Source of the DNA: an uncultured Acetatifactor sp.
GTDB lineage: Bacteria > Bacillota > Clostridia > Lachnospirales > Lachnospiraceae
Length of the DNA stretch: 42,600 nucleotides
Direction: 5' to 3'
NCBI GenBank assembly: GCA_947581905.1
Contig: CANPWC010000001.1
Span: forward strand, 1 to 42,600
Below are positions 1 to 8,365 of the stretch, one piece after another. The stretch's first letter is position 1; the number at the start of each line of letters is the position of its first letter. The notes below the pieces were generated by a model, which saw only the letters and a list, made by a program, of their open reading frames with translations, was not told where the DNA came from and searched no databases. Both the position numbers and the translations under genes were made by a program.

Positions 1-72
1 CAGGGCTACAAGGATTCGAACCTTGAAATGACGGAGTCAGAGTCCGTTGCCTTACCGTTTGGCGATAGCCCT
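1..72 (-). tRNA. tRNA-Gln (anticodon CTG)
   Basis: Reverse complement folds as a cloverleaf: acceptor AGGGCTA/TAGCCCT plus discriminator G, D arm GCC..GGC, anticodon arm ACGGA-CT CTG AC-TCCGT, T arm CAAGG-TTCGAAT-CCTTG. Any CCA would lie outside the window. Confidence 0.95.
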
Positions 73-91
73 ATGTCTCGATTACCTGACT

Positions 92-120
92 ATTATACAG
101 GAAGTATTTCCATTTTGCAA
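92..120 (-). promoter_or_regulatory. sigma-A promoter of tRNA-Gln
   Basis: Minus strand reads TTGCAA-17 nt-TATAAT, ending 19 nt upstream of the tRNA 5' end. Confidence 0.75.
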
Positions 121-307
121 GCAGAAAATTCCCCCAAAATTAATTCCCTCCCGTCGCGGTTTTTTGTATAATACATACAATTTCCCGAACCCGCATAAAA
201 ACAAGGAATCTTCCTCATTTTGGCGCTTGCAGATTTCCGGCATTAATGTAATAATAGAAACGATAGGCCTTGCCGGCCTATTTGGAAGGAAGGAAAGAGG
301 TAAGGAA

Positions 308-1018
308 ATGTATTCTTTTCAAAGCAGGATTCGATATAGTGAGACGGATAGCGAGGGGCGGTTAAGCCTGTTTTCCCTATTGGATTATTTCCAGGATTGC
401 TCCACGTTCCAATCGGAGGATTTGGGCGTGGGCCTGGGTTATTTGAAGCAAAGACATATGGCGTGGGTCTTGTCCTCCTGGCAGATCGTGATCGACCGCT
501 ACCCCCGTCTGTGCGAGGATGTGGAGGTGGGGACGTTCCCTTATGAGTTCCGCTCCTTCTTGGGGTATCGTAACTTTTTCCTGAAAACGATGGAAAGGGA
601 GTGGCTGGCGAGGGCAAATTCCCTGTGGAGCCTGTTGAACATGGACACCGGCAAGCCCGCCGTGCCGCCCGCCGAAATGGTGGCGAAATATGCGTTGGAG
701 GAAAGGCTGCCCATGGATTATGCCCCGCGTAAGATCGCCATCCCCGAGGGCGGGCGCTTTGAGGAGCCGATCGTGGTGCGCAAGCACCATTTGGACACCA
801 ACCATCATGTGAACAACGCCCAATATGTCAATATGGCGCTGGAGCTTTTGCCGGAGGGGGCGTTCCCCGAGGGCATCCGTATGCTGCGGGTGGAATATAA
901 GAAGCAGGCGTTCCTGGAGGACGTCCTCTTACCTTACGTGGTGCAGGAAGAGGGACGCGTCCTGGCTTCCCTGCGCGATGGGGCCGGGAATGTTTATGTA
1001 AACGTGGAGTTTCGCTGA
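308..1018 (+). CDS. acyl-ACP thioesterase (double hot-dog fold)
   Basis: RIRYSETD..G.L start, WVL, and LDTNHHVNNAQY catalytic motif. ATG 308 follows GAGG/AAGGA; the ORF-track start at 47 overlaps the tRNA. Confidence 0.88.
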   Translation: MYSFQSRIRYSETDSEGRLSLFSLLDYFQDCSTFQSEDLGVGLGYLKQRHMAWVLSSWQIVIDRYPRLCEDVEVGTFPYEFRSFLGYRNFFLKTMEREWLARANSLWSLLNMDTGKPAVPPAEMVAKYALEERLPMDYAPRKIAIPEGGRFEEPIVVRKHHLDTNHHVNNAQYVNMALELLPEGAFPEGIRMLRVEYKKQAFLEDVLLPYVVQEEGRVLASLRDGAGNVYVNVEFR

Positions 1019-1163
1019 TGCTAGCGGAGTGGCGGAAGCGTCTTAAACATGTAATAAATGTAACATAAATGATGCAAATTTGAAACAAAATCGCAACAAA
1101 ATAAGACTACCAGTAGGGAAGAACAGATTGCCCGCGCCGGTTGGGCGGGCAGAAAGAGGAGTT

Positions 1164-2003
1164 ATGATCAAGTTAGGAGAAAAACAGATTCTGGAAGTCG
1201 TAAAAAAAGTGGAGTTTGGCGTCTATCTTGCGCCGAACCAGGAAGAAAAGGATGATAAGGTGCTGCTCCCGGCAAAGCAGGTCCCGGAGGGGACCCAGGT
1301 GGGGGATCAGCTGGAAGTGTTCCTTTATCGGGATTCCAAGGACCGGCTGATCGCCACGACCAACACGCCGAAGCTCATGATGGGGCAAGTGGCCCTGCTT
1401 AAGGTGGCGCAGACCGGCAAGATTGGCGCGTTCCTGGATTGGGGCCTGGAAAAGGACCTGATGCTGCCGTTCCGCCAGCAGACCAAGCCCGTCAAGGAAG
1501 GGGAAGAGGTGCTGGTGTCGCTTTATATTGACAAAAGTTCCCGGCTTTGCGCCACGATGAACGTTTACCGCGACCTGCAGAACGACAGCCCTTACCAGAA
1601 AGAGGACCGGGTCGTGGGCAGGGTCTATCAGATCAGCGAACAGTTCGGCGCCTTCGTGGCGGTGGACAACCGGTATTCCGCGCTGATCCCCCAAAAAGAG
1701 CTTTATGGGGGCGGCGTGGAGGTTGGGCAGGACGTCCAGGCGAGGGTGGTCAAGGTCCTGCCGGACGGGCGGCTTACGCTGGGCATCCGGGAAAAGGCCT
1801 ACATCCAGATGAACAAGGACGCGGAGGAACTGCTGCGCATCCTTGGCGAGTACGATGGCGTCCTCCCGTTCAACGACCGGGTTTCCCCGGAAATCATCAA
1901 GCGGGAAACGGGCATGAGCAAGAATGAATTCAAGCGTGCGGTGGGAAAGCTTCTGAAAGAAGGCAAAATTGAGCTCTCCGGCAAGGGGATTCGAGCAATT
2001 TAG
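1164..2003 (+). CDS. cvfB: S1 RNA-binding domain protein, CvfB/YitL family
   Basis: FGVYL..VLLP, GAFLDWGLEKDL, FGAFV S1 repeats and C-terminal winged helix (GMSKNEFKRAVGKLLK). RBS GAGGAG just upstream. Confidence 0.85.
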   Translation: MIKLGEKQILEVVKKVEFGVYLAPNQEEKDDKVLLPAKQVPEGTQVGDQLEVFLYRDSKDRLIATTNTPKLMMGQVALLKVAQTGKIGAFLDWGLEKDLMLPFRQQTKPVKEGEEVLVSLYIDKSSRLCATMNVYRDLQNDSPYQKEDRVVGRVYQISEQFGAFVAVDNRYSALIPQKELYGGGVEVGQDVQARVVKVLPDGRLTLGIREKAYIQMNKDAEELLRILGEYDGVLPFNDRVSPEIIKRETGMSKNEFKRAVGKLLKEGKIELSGKGIRAI

Positions 2004-2115
2004 CATAAAAACCTATTGCTTTTTTGTAGATTTTTTTGTAAATTTGTATTAAAATGAGAAACGAAAAGCGGTTCGGGACATTTTTGCATTTTTACAAGGT
2101 CAAAGGAGCAAGGGT

Positions 2116-3201
2116 ATGATATCGAATCAGATTTTGCAGAATACCTTAGACGGGTTGAAGGGCATTGCCAAGATAGATTTGTGCGTTATGGACGTGGATG
2201 GGAAGGAGGTCGCCTCCACGCGGGATTTCGCGGAGTGTTCCAAGGCCGTGGCCCAGTTTGCCGCGTCCCCCGCGGATGCCCAGGAGATCCAGTCTTTCCA
2301 ATATTTTAAGATTTTCGACGACCAGCAGCTGGAGTATGTCCTGGTCGTGGCGGGCAGCGGCGAAGACGTTTACATGATAGGCAAAATGGTGGCGTTCCAG
2401 GTGCAGAACCTGATGGTGGCCTACAGGGAGCGGTTCGACAAGGATAACTTCATCAAGAACCTGCTTCTGGACAACCTCCTTCTGGTGGACATCTATAGCC
2501 GTTCCAAGAAGCTGCATATCCAGACGGATGCCGCCAGGGTCGTCCTGATCCTGGAAGCGGACGATGGCAAGGACAGCAACATGCTGGAGCTGGCCAGGGC
2601 GCATTTTGGCGCGAACAGCAAGGATTTCGTGACCGCCGTGGATGAGAACGGCGTCATCATCGTCAAGGATGTGTCGGATAATGACAACGGCAAGGAGATC
2701 GAAAAGGTGGCCCGTTCCCTCGAAAGCGGCATGCGGCGGGAGGGGCTTAAGGGCATACGGGTGGCTTACGGCACCGTGGTGAACGAGATCAAGGAGGTAA
2801 GCCGTTCTTATAAAGAAGCGAAGATGGCCTTGGACGTGGGGAAGATTTTCTTTGATGAAAGGAGCATTATCGCATATAGCGAGCTGGGCATCGGCAGGCT
2901 GATCTACCAGCTGCCCATTCCCCTGTGCCGCCTTTTTATCCATGAGATCTTCGGCAATAAGAGCCCGGAAGAGTTTGATGAAGAGACGCTGACCACGATC
3001 ATGAAGTTCTTTGAGAACAGCCTGAACGTGTCGGAGACTTCAAGGCAGCTTTTCATCCACCGGAATACCCTTGTATACCGGCTGGACAAGCTGCAGAAGA
3101 GCACCGGCCTGGACCTGCGGGTCTTCGAGGACGCCATCACGTTTAAGATCGCGATGATGGTGGTCAAATACATGAGTTATATGGAAAGTTACGATTATTA
3201 A
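2116..3201 (+). CDS. CdaR/PucR-family transcriptional regulator
   Basis: C-terminal HTH LNVSETSRQLFIHRNTLVYRLDKL..TGLDLR and GGDEF-like middle. RBS AAGGAG. Confidence 0.88.
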   Translation: MISNQILQNTLDGLKGIAKIDLCVMDVDGKEVASTRDFAECSKAVAQFAASPADAQEIQSFQYFKIFDDQQLEYVLVVAGSGEDVYMIGKMVAFQVQNLMVAYRERFDKDNFIKNLLLDNLLLVDIYSRSKKLHIQTDAARVVLILEADDGKDSNMLELARAHFGANSKDFVTAVDENGVIIVKDVSDNDNGKEIEKVARSLESGMRREGLKGIRVAYGTVVNEIKEVSRSYKEAKMALDVGKIFFDERSIIAYSELGIGRLIYQLPIPLCRLFIHEIFGNKSPEEFDEETLTTIMKFFENSLNVSETSRQLFIHRNTLVYRLDKLQKSTGLDLRVFEDAITFKIAMMVVKYMSYMESYDY

Positions 3202-3307
3202 GGACGAGGGCGCTGCAGGGCGCACGGCGCGGGGCACGGCGGCGCGATGGGAACGCGGCGGCCGCGGGCGGGCGATGCGGCGTCCAAGCCAGAGAAGGAA
3301 CGGATAC

Positions 3308-4060
3308 ATGTCGAAAAGGAAAGAGCTGAAATTACAGAAGCAGAAGCAGATCATGGAAGAGAATGGCATCATCTACCTGGATAATGTCACGAAGGCGTAT
3401 TCCAAGGGGTCTCCGGCGATCAACGGCATCACTCTGAATATTTATCGGGGGGAGTTCGTGTTCATCGTGGGCGACAGCGGTTCGGGCAAATCCACCCTGA
3501 TCCGCCTGCTTTTAAGGGAGCTGACCGCCACGAGCGGGAGCGTCTATGTCATGGGGCAGGACCTGGCCCAGATCAAGCATCGCAAAATACCTACGTTCCG
3601 CCGCAACCTTGGCGTGGTGTTCCAAGACTTCCGCCTGTTGAACGACCGGAATGTTTATGAAAATGTGGCTTTCGCGCAGCGCGTGGTAGAGACGCCCAAC
3701 CGGGAGATCCGCCACAACGTGCCCGCGGTCCTTGCTACCGTAGGCCTGGCCGGCAAATATAAAGCGAAGACGACGCAGCTGTCCGGCGGGGAGCAGCAGA
3801 GGGTGGCGTTGGCCAGGGCCCTGGTGAACAACCCCTCCATCCTGTTGGCGGATGAGCCTACCGGCAACTTGGACCCCCATAATTCCTGGGAGATCATGAG
3901 CCTGTTGGAGGAGATCAACCAGCGCGGGACCACGGTAGTGGTGGTCACGCATAATCGTGAGATCGTGAATACCATGAAGAAAAGGGTGATCGCCATGAAA
4001 AAGGGCGTGATTGTCAGTGACATGGAGGAAGGCATCTACGATGATAATGAAGAAGATTAA
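3308..4060 (+). CDS. ftsE: cell division ATP-binding protein FtsE
   Basis: Walker A GDSGSGKST, VVFQDFRLL, LSGGEQQRVALARA, LADEPTGNLDP; overlaps the ftsX-like gene. Confidence 0.92.
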   Translation: MSKRKELKLQKQKQIMEENGIIYLDNVTKAYSKGSPAINGITLNIYRGEFVFIVGDSGSGKSTLIRLLLRELTATSGSVYVMGQDLAQIKHRKIPTFRRNLGVVFQDFRLLNDRNVYENVAFAQRVVETPNREIRHNVPAVLATVGLAGKYKAKTTQLSGGEQQRVALARALVNNPSILLADEPTGNLDPHNSWEIMSLLEEINQRGTTVVVVTHNREIVNTMKKRVIAMKKGVIVSDMEEGIYDDNEED

Positions 4061-4946
4061 TACTTTTTTCTATACCTTGCTGCAGGGCATCCTGAACATT
4101 TTCCGCAACAAGTGGTTTTCCCTTGCCTCCGTGGCGACGATTTCCGCATGCCTGTTTCTGCTGGGCGTGTTCTTTGCCGTGGTGGCGAACGCGCAGCACA
4201 TCGTGAAGACCATCCAGGAAGAAATCTGCCTGACGGTCTTCTTTACCGAGGGGACGAGTACAGAGCGCATGGCGGAGGTCCAGGGGATCATTGACGCAAG
4301 GCCGGAGGTGCTTCGTACGCAGTTCCACGGCGCGGACGAGGAATGGGAATGGTTCCGGGAGAACCATCTGCACGCGGATGCGGATGATTTTTGGGAGAAC
4401 CCCCTGGAGGGGATGGACAACATTTCCGTCTATATGAAAGACATTTCCCAGCAGCCCGCCCTGGTGACGTTCATCCAGTCCATCCCGGACGTGGACCATC
4501 TGAATTATTCGCCCAGCCTGGCCAACACGTTCAGCGGCGTGAACGGGCTGATCTCCTATGTGTTCGTGGCGATCATCGTCATCCTCTTAGTGGTCAGCAT
4601 CTTCTTGATCAGCAACACGGTGACGATCGGCATATCGGTGAGGAAGGAAGAGATCAACATCATGAAATATATCGGCGCCAAGGACTTTTTCGTCCGTGCG
4701 CCTTTTGTCCTGGAGGGCGTGCTCATCGGCCTGGTGGGGGCGGCAATCCCGTTGGTGATCATCTATAATGGGTATAACAGCCTGTTAAAATATGTGGTCG
4801 ACCGTTTCGCCATGCTAAGCAGCCTGTTGGACTTCCTTTCCGTGGAGGAGATCTTCCGCTTCCTGACCCCGGTCTCTTTGCTGGTAGGGGTGGGAATCGG
4901 CTTCTTCGGCAGCATGTCCACGGTGAAAAAGCATCTGGATGTCTAA
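4041..4946 (+). CDS. ftsX: cell division permease FtsX
   Basis: Four TM segments; ISNT...RKEEINIMKYIGAKDFFVRAPFVLEG motif; coupled to ftsE. Start could be 4041 or 4047. Confidence 0.9.
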   Translation: MIMKKINTFFYTLLQGILNIFRNKWFSLASVATISACLFLLGVFFAVVANAQHIVKTIQEEICLTVFFTEGTSTERMAEVQGIIDARPEVLRTQFHGADEEWEWFRENHLHADADDFWENPLEGMDNISVYMKDISQQPALVTFIQSIPDVDHLNYSPSLANTFSGVNGLISYVFVAIIVILLVVSIFLISNTVTIGISVRKEEINIMKYIGAKDFFVRAPFVLEGVLIGLVGAAIPLVIIYNGYNSLLKYVVDRFAMLSSLLDFLSVEEIFRFLTPVSLLVGVGIGFFGSMSTVKKHLDV

Positions 4947-5001
4947 CAAAGCGGGGACGCGTCCGGCCAGGATCGCCATAAAGCCGCGGATGGGGGCAGG
5001 T

Positions 5002-6255
5002 ATGAAGTTGGACTGGAAGGCAAAGGCCGCCTTGCCGCTCTTTTTGATCCATATGCTCGCCGCAGCCTTGCTTGTCGGCCAGGCGGTCCCGCTTGACGTA
5101 AGGGCGGCCACGGACGGCAAGGTGACGCAGGAGAGCATCGATGCCAAGGAAAAGGAGATTGACCAGGCAAAGGAAGACATCAAGGGCTTAAAGAGCGGTT
5201 TGAGCGACGTAAAGAAGATCAAGGAAGAGCTGGAACGGGAGAAGAGCGACCTGAAAAGCTATGTCTCCAAGCTGGACGAGAACCTGGCGCAGATCGAGGG
5301 CGACATCAGGAGGCTGGAAAACGAGATCGCCGTCAAGGAGGCGGACCTGCTCCTTTCTTCCTCTGAATTGGAGCAGGCCGAGCGTAAGGTGCAGGAACAG
5401 TATGATCTTACGAAGACCAGCATAAGATTTATGTATGAGGCCGAGAAAAAGAGCTCCGTATGGGAGCTCCTTTTGAGCGCCGGAGGCTTCGGGGAGCTGC
5501 TTAACCGCGTCGATTATATTAACAGCGTATATGAATACGATCGGAACCTGTGGGAAGAGTATTTATTGAACCGTAATTACGTGCAGCTTTGCAAGGAACA
5601 GCTTGAGGTCGAGCGCGATTACCTGGAGGAGCAGAAGCAGGCCGTTGAGGAACAGCAGGCCCAGGTGGAGGAGCTGATCGAGGCAAAGCGTGACCAGATC
5701 GTCGCATATGAGACCGACATTTCCAATAAGGAACAGGCGATCCGGGAATATGAACAGGAGATTGACGACCAGAACGCCCTCATCGCGGAGCTGGAGCGTC
5801 TGGTGGAGGAGGAAAAGGAGCGGCTGCGGCAGCAGAACGCGGCAGTGGTCACATATGACGGGGGAATGTTCAAGTTCCCGTTGGCGGACTATACCCGCGT
5901 CTCGGATGATTATGGAGAGCGCATCCATCCTACGTTAGGCGTTTTGCAGTTCCATAACGGCGTGGACCTTGCCGCGCCCAAGGGGACGGCGATCTATGCC
6001 GCCTATGACGGCGTGGTGGTGGCGGCTTCCTACAGTTCTTCCATGGGAAATTATGTGATGATCAACCACGGGGACGGGCTGTATACGATCTACATGCACG
6101 CCTCCGCCCTTTATGTGTCTGCGGACCAGTCCGTGAAAAGGGGGGACGCCATCGCGGCGGTAGGGGCTACGGGCAGGGCCACGGGGAACCACCTGCATTT
6201 CGGGGTCCGTAAAGATGGGGCGTATGTGTCGCCATGGAATTACTTGTCGAAATAA
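5002..6255 (+). CDS. secreted coiled-coil + M23 peptidoglycan endopeptidase (FtsEX partner, EnvC/CwlO-like architecture)
   Basis: Signal peptide, long coiled coil, and M23 domain with intact Zn motifs HNGVD and HLHF. Confidence 0.88.
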   Translation: MKLDWKAKAALPLFLIHMLAAALLVGQAVPLDVRAATDGKVTQESIDAKEKEIDQAKEDIKGLKSGLSDVKKIKEELEREKSDLKSYVSKLDENLAQIEGDIRRLENEIAVKEADLLLSSSELEQAERKVQEQYDLTKTSIRFMYEAEKKSSVWELLLSAGGFGELLNRVDYINSVYEYDRNLWEEYLLNRNYVQLCKEQLEVERDYLEEQKQAVEEQQAQVEELIEAKRDQIVAYETDISNKEQAIREYEQEIDDQNALIAELERLVEEEKERLRQQNAAVVTYDGGMFKFPLADYTRVSDDYGERIHPTLGVLQFHNGVDLAAPKGTAIYAAYDGVVVAASYSSSMGNYVMINHGDGLYTIYMHASALYVSADQSVKRGDAIAAVGATGRATGNHLHFGVRKDGAYVSPWNYLSK

Positions 6256-6325
6256 CGAAGCGTCCGATGGGCGGATATTCCCAGGGGGATTGGCGGGGGA
6301 GAAGAGGACGGAAGGAGCGTTTTGA

Positions 6326-7666
6326 ATGTCGAACGGAACGAAAGACAATAGCGGCAGCAATCAATTTTGGAATGAGGATTATTGGCGTAAGGAAGCCCAG
6401 CTTAAGGAGGGGGATCCTGGGGCAGGGGCCCAAGGGCGTAAGGAAAAGGATAAGGGATATTTCTATGGCGGGCTTGTGGCCGGCATGGCGGTCTCCCTTT
6501 TCATCATCTGCGTGGTATTCCTGGCGGTCCACGTGGATCGGTGGGTGAACGGCGTCGAGACCTCTAAGAACAGCCCCGCCTTGTCGGACGGCGGCGTCCA
6601 GGAGAAGATCGATACGATCGAGGAAATGATCCGGTATTATTATTACCGGGACGAGGACATTGACGACGAAGCGATGCAGGAGGGGATCTACAAAGGGATC
6701 CTGCGTTCTTTGGGCGACCCGTATTCCGAATATTATACCAAGCAGGAGCTGGCGGACCTGATGGACCAGACCCAGGGCATCTATTATGGCATCGGCGCGG
6801 GGATCCAGTTGGATACGGCGACCTCATATCCGAAGATCGTCAAGGTGTACGACGGGACGCCTGCCCAGGAAGCGGGGCTAAGGGAAGAAGATATCGTGTT
6901 TGAAGTGGACGGGGTGTCCACCTATGGGATGTCGACCACCGATGTGGTGGCTTTAATCAAGGGCGAGGACGGGACTTATGTGAACCTGACCATCGTCCGG
7001 GACGGGGTCGACGATTACATGAGCTTCGACGTGCAGCGCAGGCAGGTGGATATTCCCACGGTGGAATTTCGGATGCTGGATGAGCAAAAGGCTTATATCC
7101 AGATTACGGAGTTCGACGACATCACAGTCCAGCAGTTTGCGGACGCCCTGGCCAAGGCGAGGGAAAACGGGATGGACGGCCTTATCCTGGATCTGCGCAG
7201 CAATCCCGGGGGAAGCCTGGACGCGGTGGTGCGCATCGCCCAGATGATCCTGCCGGAGGGCATGATCGTTTACACGGAAAATAAATACGGCTATCGGGAG
7301 GAATATACCTGCGACGGGAAGCATGAATTGGAGGTTCCCCTGGTGGTGCTGGTCAACGGCAATTCCGCCAGCGCCTCGGAGATCCTTGCCGGGGCGATCA
7401 AGGATTACGGCATCGGCACCCTGGTGGGGACCACTACTTATGGCAAGGGGATCGTCCAGTCCATCATTCCCTTGGAGGATGAATCCGCCGTGAAAGTGAC
7501 CGTAAGCAGTTATTATACGCCCAATGGCAACAATATCCATGGCATCGGCATCGAGCCGGATGTGGAATGTGTTTTTGACGGCGAAGCCTATTATGGCGAC
7601 GATTCCCATCCCGACAACCAGTTGGATGCGGCTAGCCAAGTCCTGGAAGAGATGCTGGGAAATTAA
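6326..7666 (+). CDS. S41 carboxy-terminal processing peptidase (PDZ)
   Basis: TM anchor, LGDPYSEY, PDZ GIG, DLRSNPGG, catalytic SASASE and GKG. Confidence 0.92.
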   Translation: MSNGTKDNSGSNQFWNEDYWRKEAQLKEGDPGAGAQGRKEKDKGYFYGGLVAGMAVSLFIICVVFLAVHVDRWVNGVETSKNSPALSDGGVQEKIDTIEEMIRYYYYRDEDIDDEAMQEGIYKGILRSLGDPYSEYYTKQELADLMDQTQGIYYGIGAGIQLDTATSYPKIVKVYDGTPAQEAGLREEDIVFEVDGVSTYGMSTTDVVALIKGEDGTYVNLTIVRDGVDDYMSFDVQRRQVDIPTVEFRMLDEQKAYIQITEFDDITVQQFADALAKARENGMDGLILDLRSNPGGSLDAVVRIAQMILPEGMIVYTENKYGYREEYTCDGKHELEVPLVVLVNGNSASASEILAGAIKDYGIGTLVGTTTYGKGIVQSIIPLEDESAVKVTVSSYYTPNGNNIHGIGIEPDVECVFDGEAYYGDDSHPDNQLDAASQVLEEMLGN

Positions 7667-7737
7667 TTCCTTCGCTCCAATTACCTGGAACTGCTTTCCA
7701 AGACGAAATATGTGGTGTTCGATAAAAGGGTGTCAGG

Positions 7738-8283
7738 ATGATTCAGTTGTATACGGGAAAAGGAAAAGGGAAAACGACGGCGGCCGTAGGCCTGGCGGTC
7801 CGGGCCGCGGGCCGCGGGCTTCGGGTGGTGTTCGCCCAATTCATGAAAGGGAGGGAAACGGGCGAGATTGCCGTCCTGGAACGGCTCCCGCAGGTCAAGG
7901 TCCTGCGGCTGCCCCGCCATTATGGCTTTTATTCCAAGCTGACGGATGCGGACAAAGAGGAACTAAAGGCCGCGCAGGACGCCATCCTGGAAGAAATCCT
8001 GAAGCTTCTGCGGACGCATATGTGTGACCTGGTCGTCCTGGATGAAGTGACCTATCCCGTAAAGTGGGGGCTATGCGACGAGGGGCTTTTACGCGCGGTC
8101 TTAAATGAGGCGGGCGGCGCGGGCGCCCCGGACGCGCCTGCCCCCTGCTTTCCCGAGATCGTGCTGACGGGCCGGGACGCGGCGCAGTCCCTGGTGGACG
8201 TAGCGGATTACGTCACGGTGATGCAGGCCGTCCGGCACCCTTTTGAAAAAGGGGTCCGTGCCCGCCGGGGGATCGAGTATTAG
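7738..8283 (+). CDS. cobO: cob(I)yrinic acid a,c-diamide adenosyltransferase (CobA/CobO/BtuR)
   Basis: YTGKGKGKTTAAVG, QFMKG, LVVLDE, LTGR, ADYVT..HPFEKGV.ARRGIEY. Confidence 0.92.
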   Translation: MIQLYTGKGKGKTTAAVGLAVRAAGRGLRVVFAQFMKGRETGEIAVLERLPQVKVLRLPRHYGFYSKLTDADKEELKAAQDAILEEILKLLRTHMCDLVVLDEVTYPVKWGLCDEGLLRAVLNEAGGAGAPDAPAPCFPEIVLTGRDAAQSLVDVADYVTVMQAVRHPFEKGVRARRGIEY

Positions 8284-8284
8284 C

Positions 8285-8313
8285 GCATTTTTCGGAAAAG
8301 GCCCTCATACAAT
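8285..8313 (+). promoter_or_regulatory. sigma-E-type sporulation promoter upstream of csp-like gene
   Basis: GCATTTT-14 nt-CATACAAT matches the mother-cell sigma-E consensus and spacing; ends 52 nt before the ATG. Confidence 0.6.
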
Positions 8314-8365
8314 AATGTAACCGCTTCCGTGAAGGACCGCCCGCCCGGGCGGCAGGAAAAGCAAG

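Noticed and set aside
47-307. N-terminal extension of the thioesterase ORF in the track
   Set aside because: Overlaps the tRNA and its promoter; family similarity and RBS begin at ATG 308.
1051-1066. TGTAAT-AAA-TGTAAC as a WalR box
   Set aside because: The spacer is 3 nt, not the 5 nt required.
3202-3300. Very GC-rich spacer with short GCACGGCG repeats before ftsE
   Set aside because: No regular period, convincing stem or known motif.
5002-6255. Catalytically dead EnvC-type activator
   Set aside because: The zinc ligands HxxxD and HxH are intact, so it is more likely an active M23 enzyme.
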